Of a stretch of 19,785 nt of DNA, positions 1 to 7,046 are shown piece by piece. The notes under the pieces are model-generated. The model searched no databases, was not told the origin of the DNA, and saw only the letters and a program-made list of their open reading frames with translations. How positions within the stretch are numbered: the stretch's first letter is position 1; each line of letters opens with the position of its first letter. The position numbers and the translations under genes were made by a program. This stretch comes from Candidatus Krumholzibacteriia bacterium (GTDB taxonomy: Bacteria; Krumholzibacteriota; Krumholzibacteriia; LZORAL124-64-63), in contig JAZBOO010000392.1 in NCBI GenBank assembly GCA_036351155.1, forward strand, positions 1-19,785, given 5' to 3'.

Positions 1-2
1 AC

Positions 3-140
3 AGCCGTATTCGTGACGTGGATGTGGCCCTGGAAACCTCGAACATGACCAGTCTGCAGATCCTGCAGCAGGCCGGTGTGTCGATCCTGTCCCAGGCCAA
101 CATGACGTCCCAGCTGGCGCTGAACCTGCTCCAGGGCTAG
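3..140 (+). CDS. fliC: Flagellin, 3' end only (gene begins before the window)
   Basis: Hand translation from nt 3 gives [45 protein letters not shown], a flagellin C-terminal D0 region similar to the three downstream copies. Confidence 0.95.
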   Translation, partial: SRIRDVDVALETSNMTSLQILQQAGVSILSQANMTSQLALNLLQG

Positions 141-179
141 CCCGGCAGCCGTTTGGCCCACACCTGATTGCAGCCCCAG

Positions 180-220
180 GGCCCACCCCGAGCCATCCAG
201 CTCGGGGTAGGCCTTTTTTT
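180..220 (+). terminator. Rho-independent terminator after flagellin copy 1
   Basis: Stem GGCCCACCCCGAGC / GCTCGGGGTAGGCC (one mismatch) around loop CATCCA, followed by T7. Confidence 0.85.
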
Positions 221-241
221 CAATAATTCCCGAAAAAAAAC

Positions 242-268
242 TAAAGGCCGCACGGAGCATCCCGATGA
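242..268 (+). promoter_or_regulatory. Sigma28 (FliA) promoter of flagellin copy 2
   Basis: TAAA-N15-CCCGATGA versus consensus TAAA-N15-GCCGATAA, about 125 nt upstream of the flagellin ATG and just after a terminator. Confidence 0.75.
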
Positions 269-295
269 TGTCCCTGTCGGCGCCGAACGCCCACG

Positions 296-389
296 GGGAA
301 AAAGGATTTCCCTCGCAGCGTGAGCCGGCAGACAACCCAACAGGCCCCTTCCCGGGGCAACACACCCTGAAGTTTTCAAGGAGGAAAAC
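296..389 (+). promoter_or_regulatory. CsrA-type GGA-loop hairpins in the flagellin copy 2 leader
   Basis: GGGAAA-[AAGGA]-TTTCCC at 296-312 and GTTTTC-[AAGGAG]-GAAAAC at 372-389, the latter containing the Shine-Dalgarno. csrA and fliW are in the window. Confidence 0.75.
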
Positions 390-392
390 ACA

Positions 393-1214
393 ATGGGAAT
401 CCGCATCAATACCAACGTCGCATCCATCAACACCCAGCGTCACCTGGCTAACTCGACCATGTCCTTTGGCAAGTCCATGGAAAAGCTGAGCTCCGGTCTT
501 CGCATCAACCGCGCCGGTGACGACGCCGCCGGTCTGGCCATCAGTGAAAACCTGAAGTCGGACATCCGCGCCCTGAACCAGGCCAGCCGCAACGCTGCCG
601 ATGGTATCAGTCTGGTGCAAACCGGTGAAGGCGCCCTGGATGAGGTCTCCTCCATCCTGCAGCGCATGAAGGAACTGGCCGAACAGTCCATGAACGGTAC
701 CCTGACCGACACCGACCGTGGTTACCTGGACAGCGAGTACAGCGCCCTGAGCAGTGAGATCGACCGCATCGCGGCCGGCACCGAGTTCAACGGCGTGTCT
801 CTTCTGTCCGGCGGACTGGACGTGGACATCCAGGTGGGAATCGGCACGACCTCCAACGACCAGGTGGGCGTGGCCCTCAGCACCAACATGAATGCCTCGG
901 GTATCGGAATCTCTTCCGATATCGGTGATGCTTCGGCGGCCGGAACGGCCATGGACGAGATCGATGACGCCATCACCGCCGTGGTGACGGCTCGTGGTTC
1001 CTTCGGTGCCATCCAGAACCGTCTGGAGACCTCGATTCGCAACATCAACATGACCTCGGAGAACCTCTCCGCTGCGAACAGCCGGATCCGTGACGTCGAC
1101 GTGGCCCATGAGACCAGTCGCATGACGTCATTCCAGATCCTGCAGCAGGCGGGTGTGTCCATGCTGGCCCAGGCCAACATGACCACCGGTCTGGCCATGT
1201 CGCTGCTCGGCTAG
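393..1214 (+). CDS. fliC: Flagellin (273 aa), copy 2
   Basis: N-terminal RINTN...EKLSSGLRINRAGDDAAGLAISE and C-terminal QNRLE...ENLSAANSRIRDVD...QILQQAG...AQAN motifs; AAGGAGG RBS. Confidence 0.98.
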   Translation: MGIRINTNVASINTQRHLANSTMSFGKSMEKLSSGLRINRAGDDAAGLAISENLKSDIRALNQASRNAADGISLVQTGEGALDEVSSILQRMKELAEQSMNGTLTDTDRGYLDSEYSALSSEIDRIAAGTEFNGVSLLSGGLDVDIQVGIGTTSNDQVGVALSTNMNASGIGISSDIGDASAAGTAMDEIDDAITAVVTARGSFGAIQNRLETSIRNINMTSENLSAANSRIRDVDVAHETSRMTSFQILQQAGVSMLAQANMTTGLAMSLLG

Positions 1215-1230
1215 GTTTGACGACGGACAA

Positions 1231-1255
1231 GGGACGGGCCGTCCAGGCCCGTCCC
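1231..1255 (+). other. GC-rich intergenic hairpin without a U-tract (mRNA stabiliser or partial terminator)
   Basis: Perfect 10-bp stem GGGACGGGCC / GGCCCGTCCC with loop GTCCA and no poly-T after it. Confidence 0.6.
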
Positions 1256-1292
1256 GCCCCAGCTAATTCGTGGTAAGAATTCACCCCGGTGC

Positions 1293-1332
1293 CGGGCACG
1301 GAAGCCCGCACTCCCTGTTCAAGGAGGAACAG
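1293..1332 (+). promoter_or_regulatory. Two CsrA-type ANGGAN hexaloop hairpins before flagellin copy 3
   Basis: CGGGC-[ACGGAA]-GCCCG at 1293-1308 and CTGTTC-[AAGGAG]-GAACAG at 1315-1332 (contains the SD). Confidence 0.8.
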
Positions 1333-1333
1333 C

Positions 1334-2158
1334 ATGGGAATCCGCATCAATTCGAACATCGCTTCGCTCAATACCCAGCGTCATCTTTACAATTCCACCA
1401 TTTCCTTTGGTAAATCCATGGAAAAGCTCAGCTCGGGTTTGCGGATCAACCGTGCGGGTGACGATGCCGCCGGACTGGCCATCAGCGAGAACCTGAAATC
1501 CGACATCCGCGCCCTTGACCAGGCCAGCCGCAACGCGGCCGATGGCATCAGCCTGGTGCAAACTGCTGAAGGCGCCCTGGACGAGGTATCTTCCATTCTG
1601 CTGCGCATGAAAGAACTTGCCGAGCAGTCCATGAACGGCACCCTGACCGATACCGACCGTGGGTATCTGGACAGCGAATACACTGCCCTGAGTGGCGAAA
1701 TTGACCGTATTGCCGCGGGCACGGAGTTCAACGGCGTGTCCCTGCTGGATGGTGGGCTGGATGTCCTCATTCAGGTGGGGATCACCTCCAGCAGCAATGA
1801 CCAGGTCGCCGTGACGCTGGGCACCAACATGGATGCGTCGGGTGTGGGGCTGGGGACCCAGATTGACGACGCCTCCAACGCCGGCACGGCCATGGGCGAA
1901 ATCGACGACGCGATCACCGCAGTGGTCAGCGCGCGAGGGAACCTTGGTGCCGTCCAGAACCGTCTGGAAACCTCCATCCGGAACGTCAACATGACCTCGG
2001 AGAACCTCTCCGCTGCGAACAGCCGGATCAGAGACGTGGATGTGGCTCATGAAACAAGCCGCATGACATCCTTCCAGATTTTGCAGCAAGCCGGTGTGGC
2101 CATGCTGTCCCAGGCCAACATGACCACGGGGCTGGCCATGTCGCTGCTCGGTGGTTAA
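1334..2158 (+). CDS. fliC: Flagellin (274 aa), copy 3
   Basis: Same flagellin motifs. Start moved from the track's GTG at 1289 to ATG at 1334, which follows AAGGAGG and gives MGIRIN like the paralogs. Confidence 0.98.
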   Translation: MGIRINSNIASLNTQRHLYNSTISFGKSMEKLSSGLRINRAGDDAAGLAISENLKSDIRALDQASRNAADGISLVQTAEGALDEVSSILLRMKELAEQSMNGTLTDTDRGYLDSEYTALSGEIDRIAAGTEFNGVSLLDGGLDVLIQVGITSSSNDQVAVTLGTNMDASGVGLGTQIDDASNAGTAMGEIDDAITAVVSARGNLGAVQNRLETSIRNVNMTSENLSAANSRIRDVDVAHETSRMTSFQILQQAGVAMLSQANMTTGLAMSLLGG

Positions 2159-2181
2159 ACTCCACTGAACGGCCGCTTTCG

Positions 2182-2210
2182 GGGAGGAACTTCAAGTTCC
2201 TCCCTTTTTC
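2182..2210 (+). terminator. Rho-independent terminator after flagellin copy 3
   Basis: GGGAGGAACT / AGTTCCTCCC inverted repeat followed by TTTTTCT. Confidence 0.85.
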
Positions 2211-2286
2211 TGTCAAGGTAAACCGTTGAAAACAAATTATCTCCTGAGGTTTTACGACCTTTGGAGATATTTTTTTATTTTTTAGC

Positions 2287-2314
2287 TAAAGTTATTCACA
2301 CCAAAAGACGAAAA
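2287..2314 (+). promoter_or_regulatory. Probable sigma28 promoter of flagellin copy 4 and flaG-fliD-fliS
   Basis: TAAAGTT with TAAA-N16-GACGAAAA, preceded by a very AT-rich tract (2270-2283). The -10 has two mismatches to GCCGATAA. Confidence 0.6.
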
Positions 2315-2405
2315 CCATATTACGAAATATTTAAAAAGGATATTTCGGAACAAGAAAGGAGCCTCTCAGACAACCAAATATGGTCCGGACATGAGGTCCG
2401 GCTGA

Positions 2406-2443
2406 GGGCAAGGAAGTCCCCTGTATCATTTCAAGGAGGAATG
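2406..2443 (+). promoter_or_regulatory. CsrA-type GGA hexaloop hairpins before flagellin copy 4
   Basis: GGGC-[AAGGAA]-GTCC at 2406-2419 and CATTTC-[AAGGAG]-GAATG at 2427-2443 (one bulge, contains the SD). Confidence 0.7.
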
Positions 2444-2445
2444 TA

Positions 2446-3267
2446 ATGGGAATCCGCATCAATACCAACGTGAGCTCGCTGAACACTCAGCGGCATCTGG
2501 CCAACAACTCCACCCAGTTCTCGAAGTCCATGGAAAAGCTGAGCTCCGGTCTGCGTATCAACCGCGCCGGTGACGACGCCGCCGGTCTGGCCATCAGTGA
2601 AGGCTTGAAGGCTGACATCCGGGCTCTGGACCAGGCGAGCCGGAATGCCGCCGACGGTATCTCACTGGTGCAAACCGGTGAAGGCGCGCTGGACGAGGTC
2701 TCCAATATCCTGCTGAGGATGAAGGAACTGGCCGAGCAGTCCATGAACGGAACCCTCTCGGATACCGATCGTGGTTACCTGGACAGCGAGTACACCGCCC
2801 TGAGCAGTGAGATCGATCGTATCGCCGCCGGGACCGAGTTCAACGGTGTGACCCTGCTGGACGGAAATCTCGATGTCGACATCCAGGTCGGAATCGGCAC
2901 CGGTTCCAGCGATTCGGTGAACATGGCCGTCAGCGACAACATGAACGCTTCCGGCATCGGCATCAGTTCTGATATCGGTGATGCCTCGGCTGCCGGCACG
3001 GCCATGGGTGAAATCGATGACGCCATCGCCACCGTGACCGAGACCCGGTCCGCGTTCGGTGCCGTCCAGAACCGCCTGGAAAGCTCCATCCGCGCCATCG
3101 ACATGACCGCCGAGAACCTCTCTGCTGCCAACAGCCGGATCCGTGACGTGGACATCGCGAAGGAAACCTCGCGCATGACCAGTTTTCAGATCCTGCAGCA
3201 GGCGGGTGTGTCCATGCTGGCCCAGGCCAACATGAGCACCGGCCTGGCCATGGCCCTGATGGGCTAG
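2446..3267 (+). CDS. fliC: Flagellin (273 aa), copy 4
   Basis: Flagellin N- and C-terminal motifs; AAGGAGG RBS. Confidence 0.98.
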   Translation: MGIRINTNVSSLNTQRHLANNSTQFSKSMEKLSSGLRINRAGDDAAGLAISEGLKADIRALDQASRNAADGISLVQTGEGALDEVSNILLRMKELAEQSMNGTLSDTDRGYLDSEYTALSSEIDRIAAGTEFNGVTLLDGNLDVDIQVGIGTGSSDSVNMAVSDNMNASGIGISSDIGDASAAGTAMGEIDDAIATVTETRSAFGAVQNRLESSIRAIDMTAENLSAANSRIRDVDIAKETSRMTSFQILQQAGVSMLAQANMSTGLAMALMG

Positions 3268-3275
3268 GGATGATC

Positions 3276-3301
3276 GGGGGCCCTGCGGGAGCGGGGCCCC
3301 C
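3276..3301 (+). other. Strong GNRA-capped hairpin between flagellin copy 4 and flaG, no U-tract
   Basis: GGGGGCCCTGC-[GGGA]-GCGGGGCCCCC, an 11-bp stem with one G-U pair. Confidence 0.6.
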
Positions 3302-3321
3302 TACCGAAATGGAGCATTGTC

Positions 3322-3744
3322 ATGGCCACCATCAGCAAAATTGCCGGTCCGGCCGATCTGCTCACCCAGACGATGCCGCGACAGGCCGACAGGACGCCGA
3401 CCTCCGAGGCCGGGTCCGCCACCGGAATTGAACGTCCGGAGATATTCCACCCCCAGGGGCTAAAGCAAGCCCTCAAGGCGCAGCAAGAACATAAGTTACC
3501 TGGAAGCAGCTTCTCCGCGGAGGATCTGTCTGCCATGGTTTCTCGCATGCAAGAGGCCCTGGATCGGGCCGCCAAGGAACAGTACGAGGTCGGGTTCCGG
3601 AAGGATTCCCAGGCCAATTCCTATGTGATCGAGATCAAGAACAAGGAAGGAGAACTGGTCAAGCAATTTCCCCCGGAAAAAGTCCTAAACCTCCAGCGGA
3701 AAATGGACGAACTGTCAGGCATGGTCATCGACGAGATGACGTGA
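3322..3744 (+). CDS. flaG: Flagellar protein FlaG
   Basis: C-terminal YVIEIKNKEGELVKQFPPEKVL...SGMVIDEMT matches the FlaG signature (GEvIrQiPpE...G.lvD); lies between flagellin and fliD. Confidence 0.92.
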   Translation: MATISKIAGPADLLTQTMPRQADRTPTSEAGSATGIERPEIFHPQGLKQALKAQQEHKLPGSSFSAEDLSAMVSRMQEALDRAAKEQYEVGFRKDSQANSYVIEIKNKEGELVKQFPPEKVLNLQRKMDELSGMVIDEMT

Positions 3745-3800
3745 CGGAGCCAGACGGTGTCGAAGGATCGACTGACTGACTGAAACTGGGGAGAATCTCC

Positions 3801-5141
3801 ATGAGTATGATTTCTTTCGGCGGTTTGGCCACCGGGCTGGATACGGGCAGCATTGTCACCCAGCTGGTGGAACTGAAGCGCGCACCCATCTATAGACTCC
3901 AGAACCGCAAGCAGGGCTTCCAGAACGAGATCTCCGCCCTGGGCACCCTCAAGACGAAGCTGCTCGCCCTCCAGGAAGCCGCCAAGACCCTGGACACGGC
4001 CAACGAGTTCAGCTCCCTGAAAGCCACGTCCAGCGACGAGGATTTCCTGACCATCGAGGCCGATGGCGATGCCGCCCCGGGTTCTTACGATATCAAGGTT
4101 CTGGGACTGGCCGAAGCCCAGAAGGATGTTTCCCAGGGCTACGACAGCAAGGGTGATTCCGTGGGATCCGGCATCCTGAGCTTCAATGTCAATGGAGAAA
4201 CCACAGACTTGAATCTGGTCGGATTCACCAGCCTGGAATCCCTGGCCGGATTGATCAACGACAACGTGGACGGGGTCAGCGCCTCCATCATCAATGATGG
4301 TTCGGGAACCGGAGCCTACCGCCTGGTCCTGAGCAGCGAAGATGCCGGAACCGACGGGGCCTTCACCGTGGACGCCAGCGGGATCAGCGGCGGGGTCACC
4401 CCCATCTTCGCCAACCAGCAGGTGGCGGTGGATGCGCAACTGGAAATCGACGGGATCGCGGTCACCGCGGGCAGCAACAACAGTTCCGACATCATCGATG
4501 GCTTGACCATCAACCTTCATGCCATCTCGGTGGACAGTGAAAACGACCTGAACAAGACCCTCCGCGTGAACGTGGGCGTGGACAAGGAAGGCATCTCCGA
4601 GAAGGTCAAGAGCTTCGTCGATGTTTACAACGACCTCTACTCATTCATCGATGAACAGTACAAGTCCGAAGGCGACCTGCGCCAGAACCCCACTCTGCGT
4701 GCGGTGACCAGTCGCATCGACAACATCTTCACCACCGCGTTATCCGGTGGCCTGGGCGATGTGACCACATTCTCGGCCGTGGGCATCACCAGGGCCTCGT
4801 CGGGCCGCACACTCAGCTTCGACGACAGCAAGTTCCAGGACATGCTGGAATCCAACTTCAGCGGCGTGCGCGACCTGTTCATCGAGCGTGACGGCAACCT
4901 GGGCAAGACCTACCTGATCGACACGGCCATCGACAACATGACCGACAGCATCGACGGCCTGTTCAAGATTTCCACCGATGCGCTGAACGCGAAGATCAAG
5001 TACGCCGATCAGGGCATCGAGCGTTACGAGCGCAACGTGGAATCTTACCAGCTGTCTCTGGAACGCAAGTTCACCGCCATGGAAATGTCGGTGTCCGCTC
5101 TTCAGGCCCAGGGCAACTATCTGTCCGGCATTCAAAGCTAG
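3801..5141 (+). CDS. fliD: Flagellar filament cap protein FliD (HAP2), 446 aa
   Basis: ISFGGLATGLDTGSIVTQLV start, PGSYDIKV..LAEAQK, DAQLEIDG...SN, FVDVYN, and LERKFTAME...LQAQGNYL end. Confidence 0.96.
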   Translation: MSMISFGGLATGLDTGSIVTQLVELKRAPIYRLQNRKQGFQNEISALGTLKTKLLALQEAAKTLDTANEFSSLKATSSDEDFLTIEADGDAAPGSYDIKVLGLAEAQKDVSQGYDSKGDSVGSGILSFNVNGETTDLNLVGFTSLESLAGLINDNVDGVSASIINDGSGTGAYRLVLSSEDAGTDGAFTVDASGISGGVTPIFANQQVAVDAQLEIDGIAVTAGSNNSSDIIDGLTINLHAISVDSENDLNKTLRVNVGVDKEGISEKVKSFVDVYNDLYSFIDEQYKSEGDLRQNPTLRAVTSRIDNIFTTALSGGLGDVTTFSAVGITRASSGRTLSFDDSKFQDMLESNFSGVRDLFIERDGNLGKTYLIDTAIDNMTDSIDGLFKISTDALNAKIKYADQGIERYERNVESYQLSLERKFTAMEMSVSALQAQGNYLSGIQS

Positions 5142-5169
5142 AACCCGGCAACGGAAGGCAGGGAACTCG

Positions 5170-5694
5170 ATGTACAGCAACCTAGGCGTGCAACGCTACC
5201 GGGAAACCGACATCAGCTCGATGAGCAGCGAGAAAATGATCGTCCTTCTCTACGAGCGTGTGGTCACCGACCTCGAGTCGGCCCGCAAGGCCCTGCTCGC
5301 AAAGAACCGGAGCGAATTCGCCAAGCAGATCAACCACTCCCAGAGAATCATCTCCGAGCTGCGTGGAGCACTCGACCACAGCATTGGCGGAGAAATTTCC
5401 CAGAATCTGGAGTCCCTCTACAGCTTCATGTTCCATGAGCACCTGGAAATCCTTCTGGATCACAAGGCCGATCACATCGACAACTGCTTGAAGGTCATCA
5501 CCCCCTTGCTGGAAGCGTGGCGACAGATTCCCACCGGCACCGGGGATAAAGCCGCTCAGGAGAAGACCCGAACCTCGACTGGCCCGAAATCTGCATCAGG
5601 AACTCCAGACAGTGCGCCCCAGTCCGGTCAGGGAAACGATTCCGCCGGATCACCCGGGCGACCGCAAACCAGTCTCCTGTCCGTATCGGCGTGA
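5170..5694 (+). CDS. fliS: Flagellin export chaperone FliS with a C-terminal extension
   Basis: Y...I.SMSSEKMIVLLYE, IISELRGALD..IGGEISQNLESLY.FM and LLEAWRQI motifs; follows fliD. Confidence 0.95.
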   Translation: MYSNLGVQRYRETDISSMSSEKMIVLLYERVVTDLESARKALLAKNRSEFAKQINHSQRIISELRGALDHSIGGEISQNLESLYSFMFHEHLEILLDHKADHIDNCLKVITPLLEAWRQIPTGTGDKAAQEKTRTSTGPKSASGTPDSAPQSGQGNDSAGSPGRPQTSLLSVSA

Positions 5695-5695
5695 A

Positions 5696-6043
5696 ATGAC
5701 ACTCAAGGAATCCACACTCAAGGCTCTGGATTATACGGCCCGACTGGAATCGGCCCTGGGTCTGGATGACATGGATCTGGTGGCGGAAATCATCCAGATC
5801 CGGGGTCAGGTGATGCAGGCCTTCGAGGTCATCCATCGGGCGGCCTCGGCGCCGGAGCGCATGAACAGTCGGACGGAAATTCAGCAATTGATCCAGGCCG
5901 ACAAGTTGCTGCAGGACAGGGCGGGGCTGCGATTGCGGGAAGTGGCCCGGGAATTTCGGGATAACATGGCCAACCAGCCTCCACGCCAAAACCAGGCATA
6001 CGGGGCGGGGCAGCATCAGGCTTGCGTGGACCGCAAGGCCTGA
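5696..6043 (+). CDS. Small helical protein, probable FliT-like chaperone (115 aa)
   Basis: ATG 1 nt after the fliS stop, in frame with the track ORF at 5612. Size, position after fliDS, DDMDLVAEIIQIR helix and ..AYG...VDRKA end fit FliT; identity rests largely on context. Confidence 0.65.
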   Translation: MTLKESTLKALDYTARLESALGLDDMDLVAEIIQIRGQVMQAFEVIHRAASAPERMNSRTEIQQLIQADKLLQDRAGLRLREVAREFRDNMANQPPRQNQAYGAGQHQACVDRKA

Positions 6044-6062
6044 CCCTCCTTCGGGATAGACG

Positions 6063-6096
6063 AAAAAAGGAACTCCCCCTGGGAGTTCCTTTTTTT
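6063..6096. terminator. Bidirectional rho-independent terminator between the convergent operons
   Basis: AAAAAA-GGAACTCCC-CCT-GGGAGTTCC-TTTTTTT. Confidence 0.92.
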
Positions 6097-6116
6097 CCAC
6101 CTGAAAGAAAAGGGGA

Positions 6117-6365
6117 CTATCCCTCTTCCTTCTTGGGACCGCCCTTCAATTTCTTGCGCAGGGCGTCCAGATCGGCACTGTCCGAGGCGGCTGCGCCCAG
6201 GGTGGTGCTTTTTATTTCCTCGTAAATCTCATGGCGATGTACGGGTATGGAGCGCGGAGCGTCGATTCCGATCTGGACCTGGTCACCACGGATATCGACA
6301 ATCATGATGGCAATTTCGTCGCCAATCATGATCTTCTCGTTGCGTTTTCGACTGAGTATGAGCAC
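6117..6365 (-). CDS. csrA: Translational regulator CsrA (82 aa)
   Basis: MLILSRK.NE.IMIGD.I...[10 protein letters not shown]...VHR.EIY; GTG start with GGGAGG RBS; next to fliW. Confidence 0.97.
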   Translation of the reverse strand: MLILSRKRNEKIMIGDEIAIMIVDIRGDQVQIGIDAPRSIPVHRHEIYEEIKSTTLGAAASDSADLDALRKKLKGGPKKEEG

Positions 6366-6417
6366 GGGACCTCCCTGTCCAGTGGCCGGAATCCGCTGCC
6401 GAGCAACGGGTTAAGGT

Positions 6418-6993
6418 TCAGACCCCAACGGTTTCGGGGCTTGCCGCTCCGGCTTTAGCCTGGGCATGATCTTCGGACTCCTCCGCCTTCTGAGCGGAAG
6501 ACTCCAGCTCCTGGCCTTCAGGAGCCACATTGTCCGATGCTTCCGACTGCACGGCAAGACCAAATTTGAAGTAATTGATTTCCTGACGAATACCGAATTT
6601 CTCATCATCCAGCGTCAGCTGGACACCGCGCCGGGTCTCGGCATCGATAATCAGTGGCGCCAGGAGATTACCCGTGACCATGTTTCCGCCGGGATGGACG
6701 GTCGTGATGATCAAGGTGGTCAGGTTTTCGGCCTCCTGGTTTCCCAGTTGATCCCTGACATTCCGGGACAGCTTCACCTCGTACTCATCATGGTAGAAGT
6801 AGGGCTGCGTGATGGGGAACCCGAAATCTCCCCGGTCCAGCGACTGGAAAAATTTCATGGGCAACTCCTCGCCCATATCCAGGATCAGCCACCTTTTCAA
6901 GCTGGCCATTCCCACCAGACCATCGGGCAGGAATATCTCATCCCGGGCGTTGTATTCCAGTTCCCCGAATCGCACGGTCGTGAACTTCGGCAT
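6418..6993 (-). CDS. fliW: Flagellar assembly factor FliW (191 aa, with acidic tail)
   Basis: TVRFGE...IFLPDGLVG, FQSL, P.FY..YE and TGNLLAPLII...GVQ motifs. Start moved to ATG at 6993 with AAGGAG upstream. Confidence 0.92.
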   Translation of the reverse strand: MPKFTTVRFGELEYNARDEIFLPDGLVGMASLKRWLILDMGEELPMKFFQSLDRGDFGFPITQPYFYHDEYEVKLSRNVRDQLGNQEAENLTTLIITTVHPGGNMVTGNLLAPLIIDAETRRGVQLTLDDEKFGIRQEINYFKFGLAVQSEASDNVAPEGQELESSAQKAEESEDHAQAKAGAASPETVGV

Positions 6994-7046
6994 CTCAGGC
7001 TCCTTGGTAGTGACGAGGGTCCGGTTCCTACACGGCCCCGACAACG

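Noticed and set aside
1289..1333. 15-aa N-terminal extension of flagellin copy 3 from the track's GTG start
   Set aside because: The RBS and the paralog alignment place the start at ATG 1334. Track extensions of fliW, flgF, the FliT-like gene and IHF/HU were rejected for similar reasons.
2261..2446. 61-aa ORF (TTG start) whose stop overlaps the flagellin copy 4 ATG, as a possible leader peptide
   Set aside because: It starts upstream of the predicted sigma28 promoter, spans promoter sequence and has no clear RBS.
440..3176. Repeated similar - strand ORFs over the flagellin genes
   Set aside because: Their mutual similarity simply mirrors the paralogous flagellins on the + strand.
3686..3713. 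TAAA-N16-GACGAACT inside flaG as an internal sigma28 promoter for fliD
   Set aside because: The -10 match is too poor to support.
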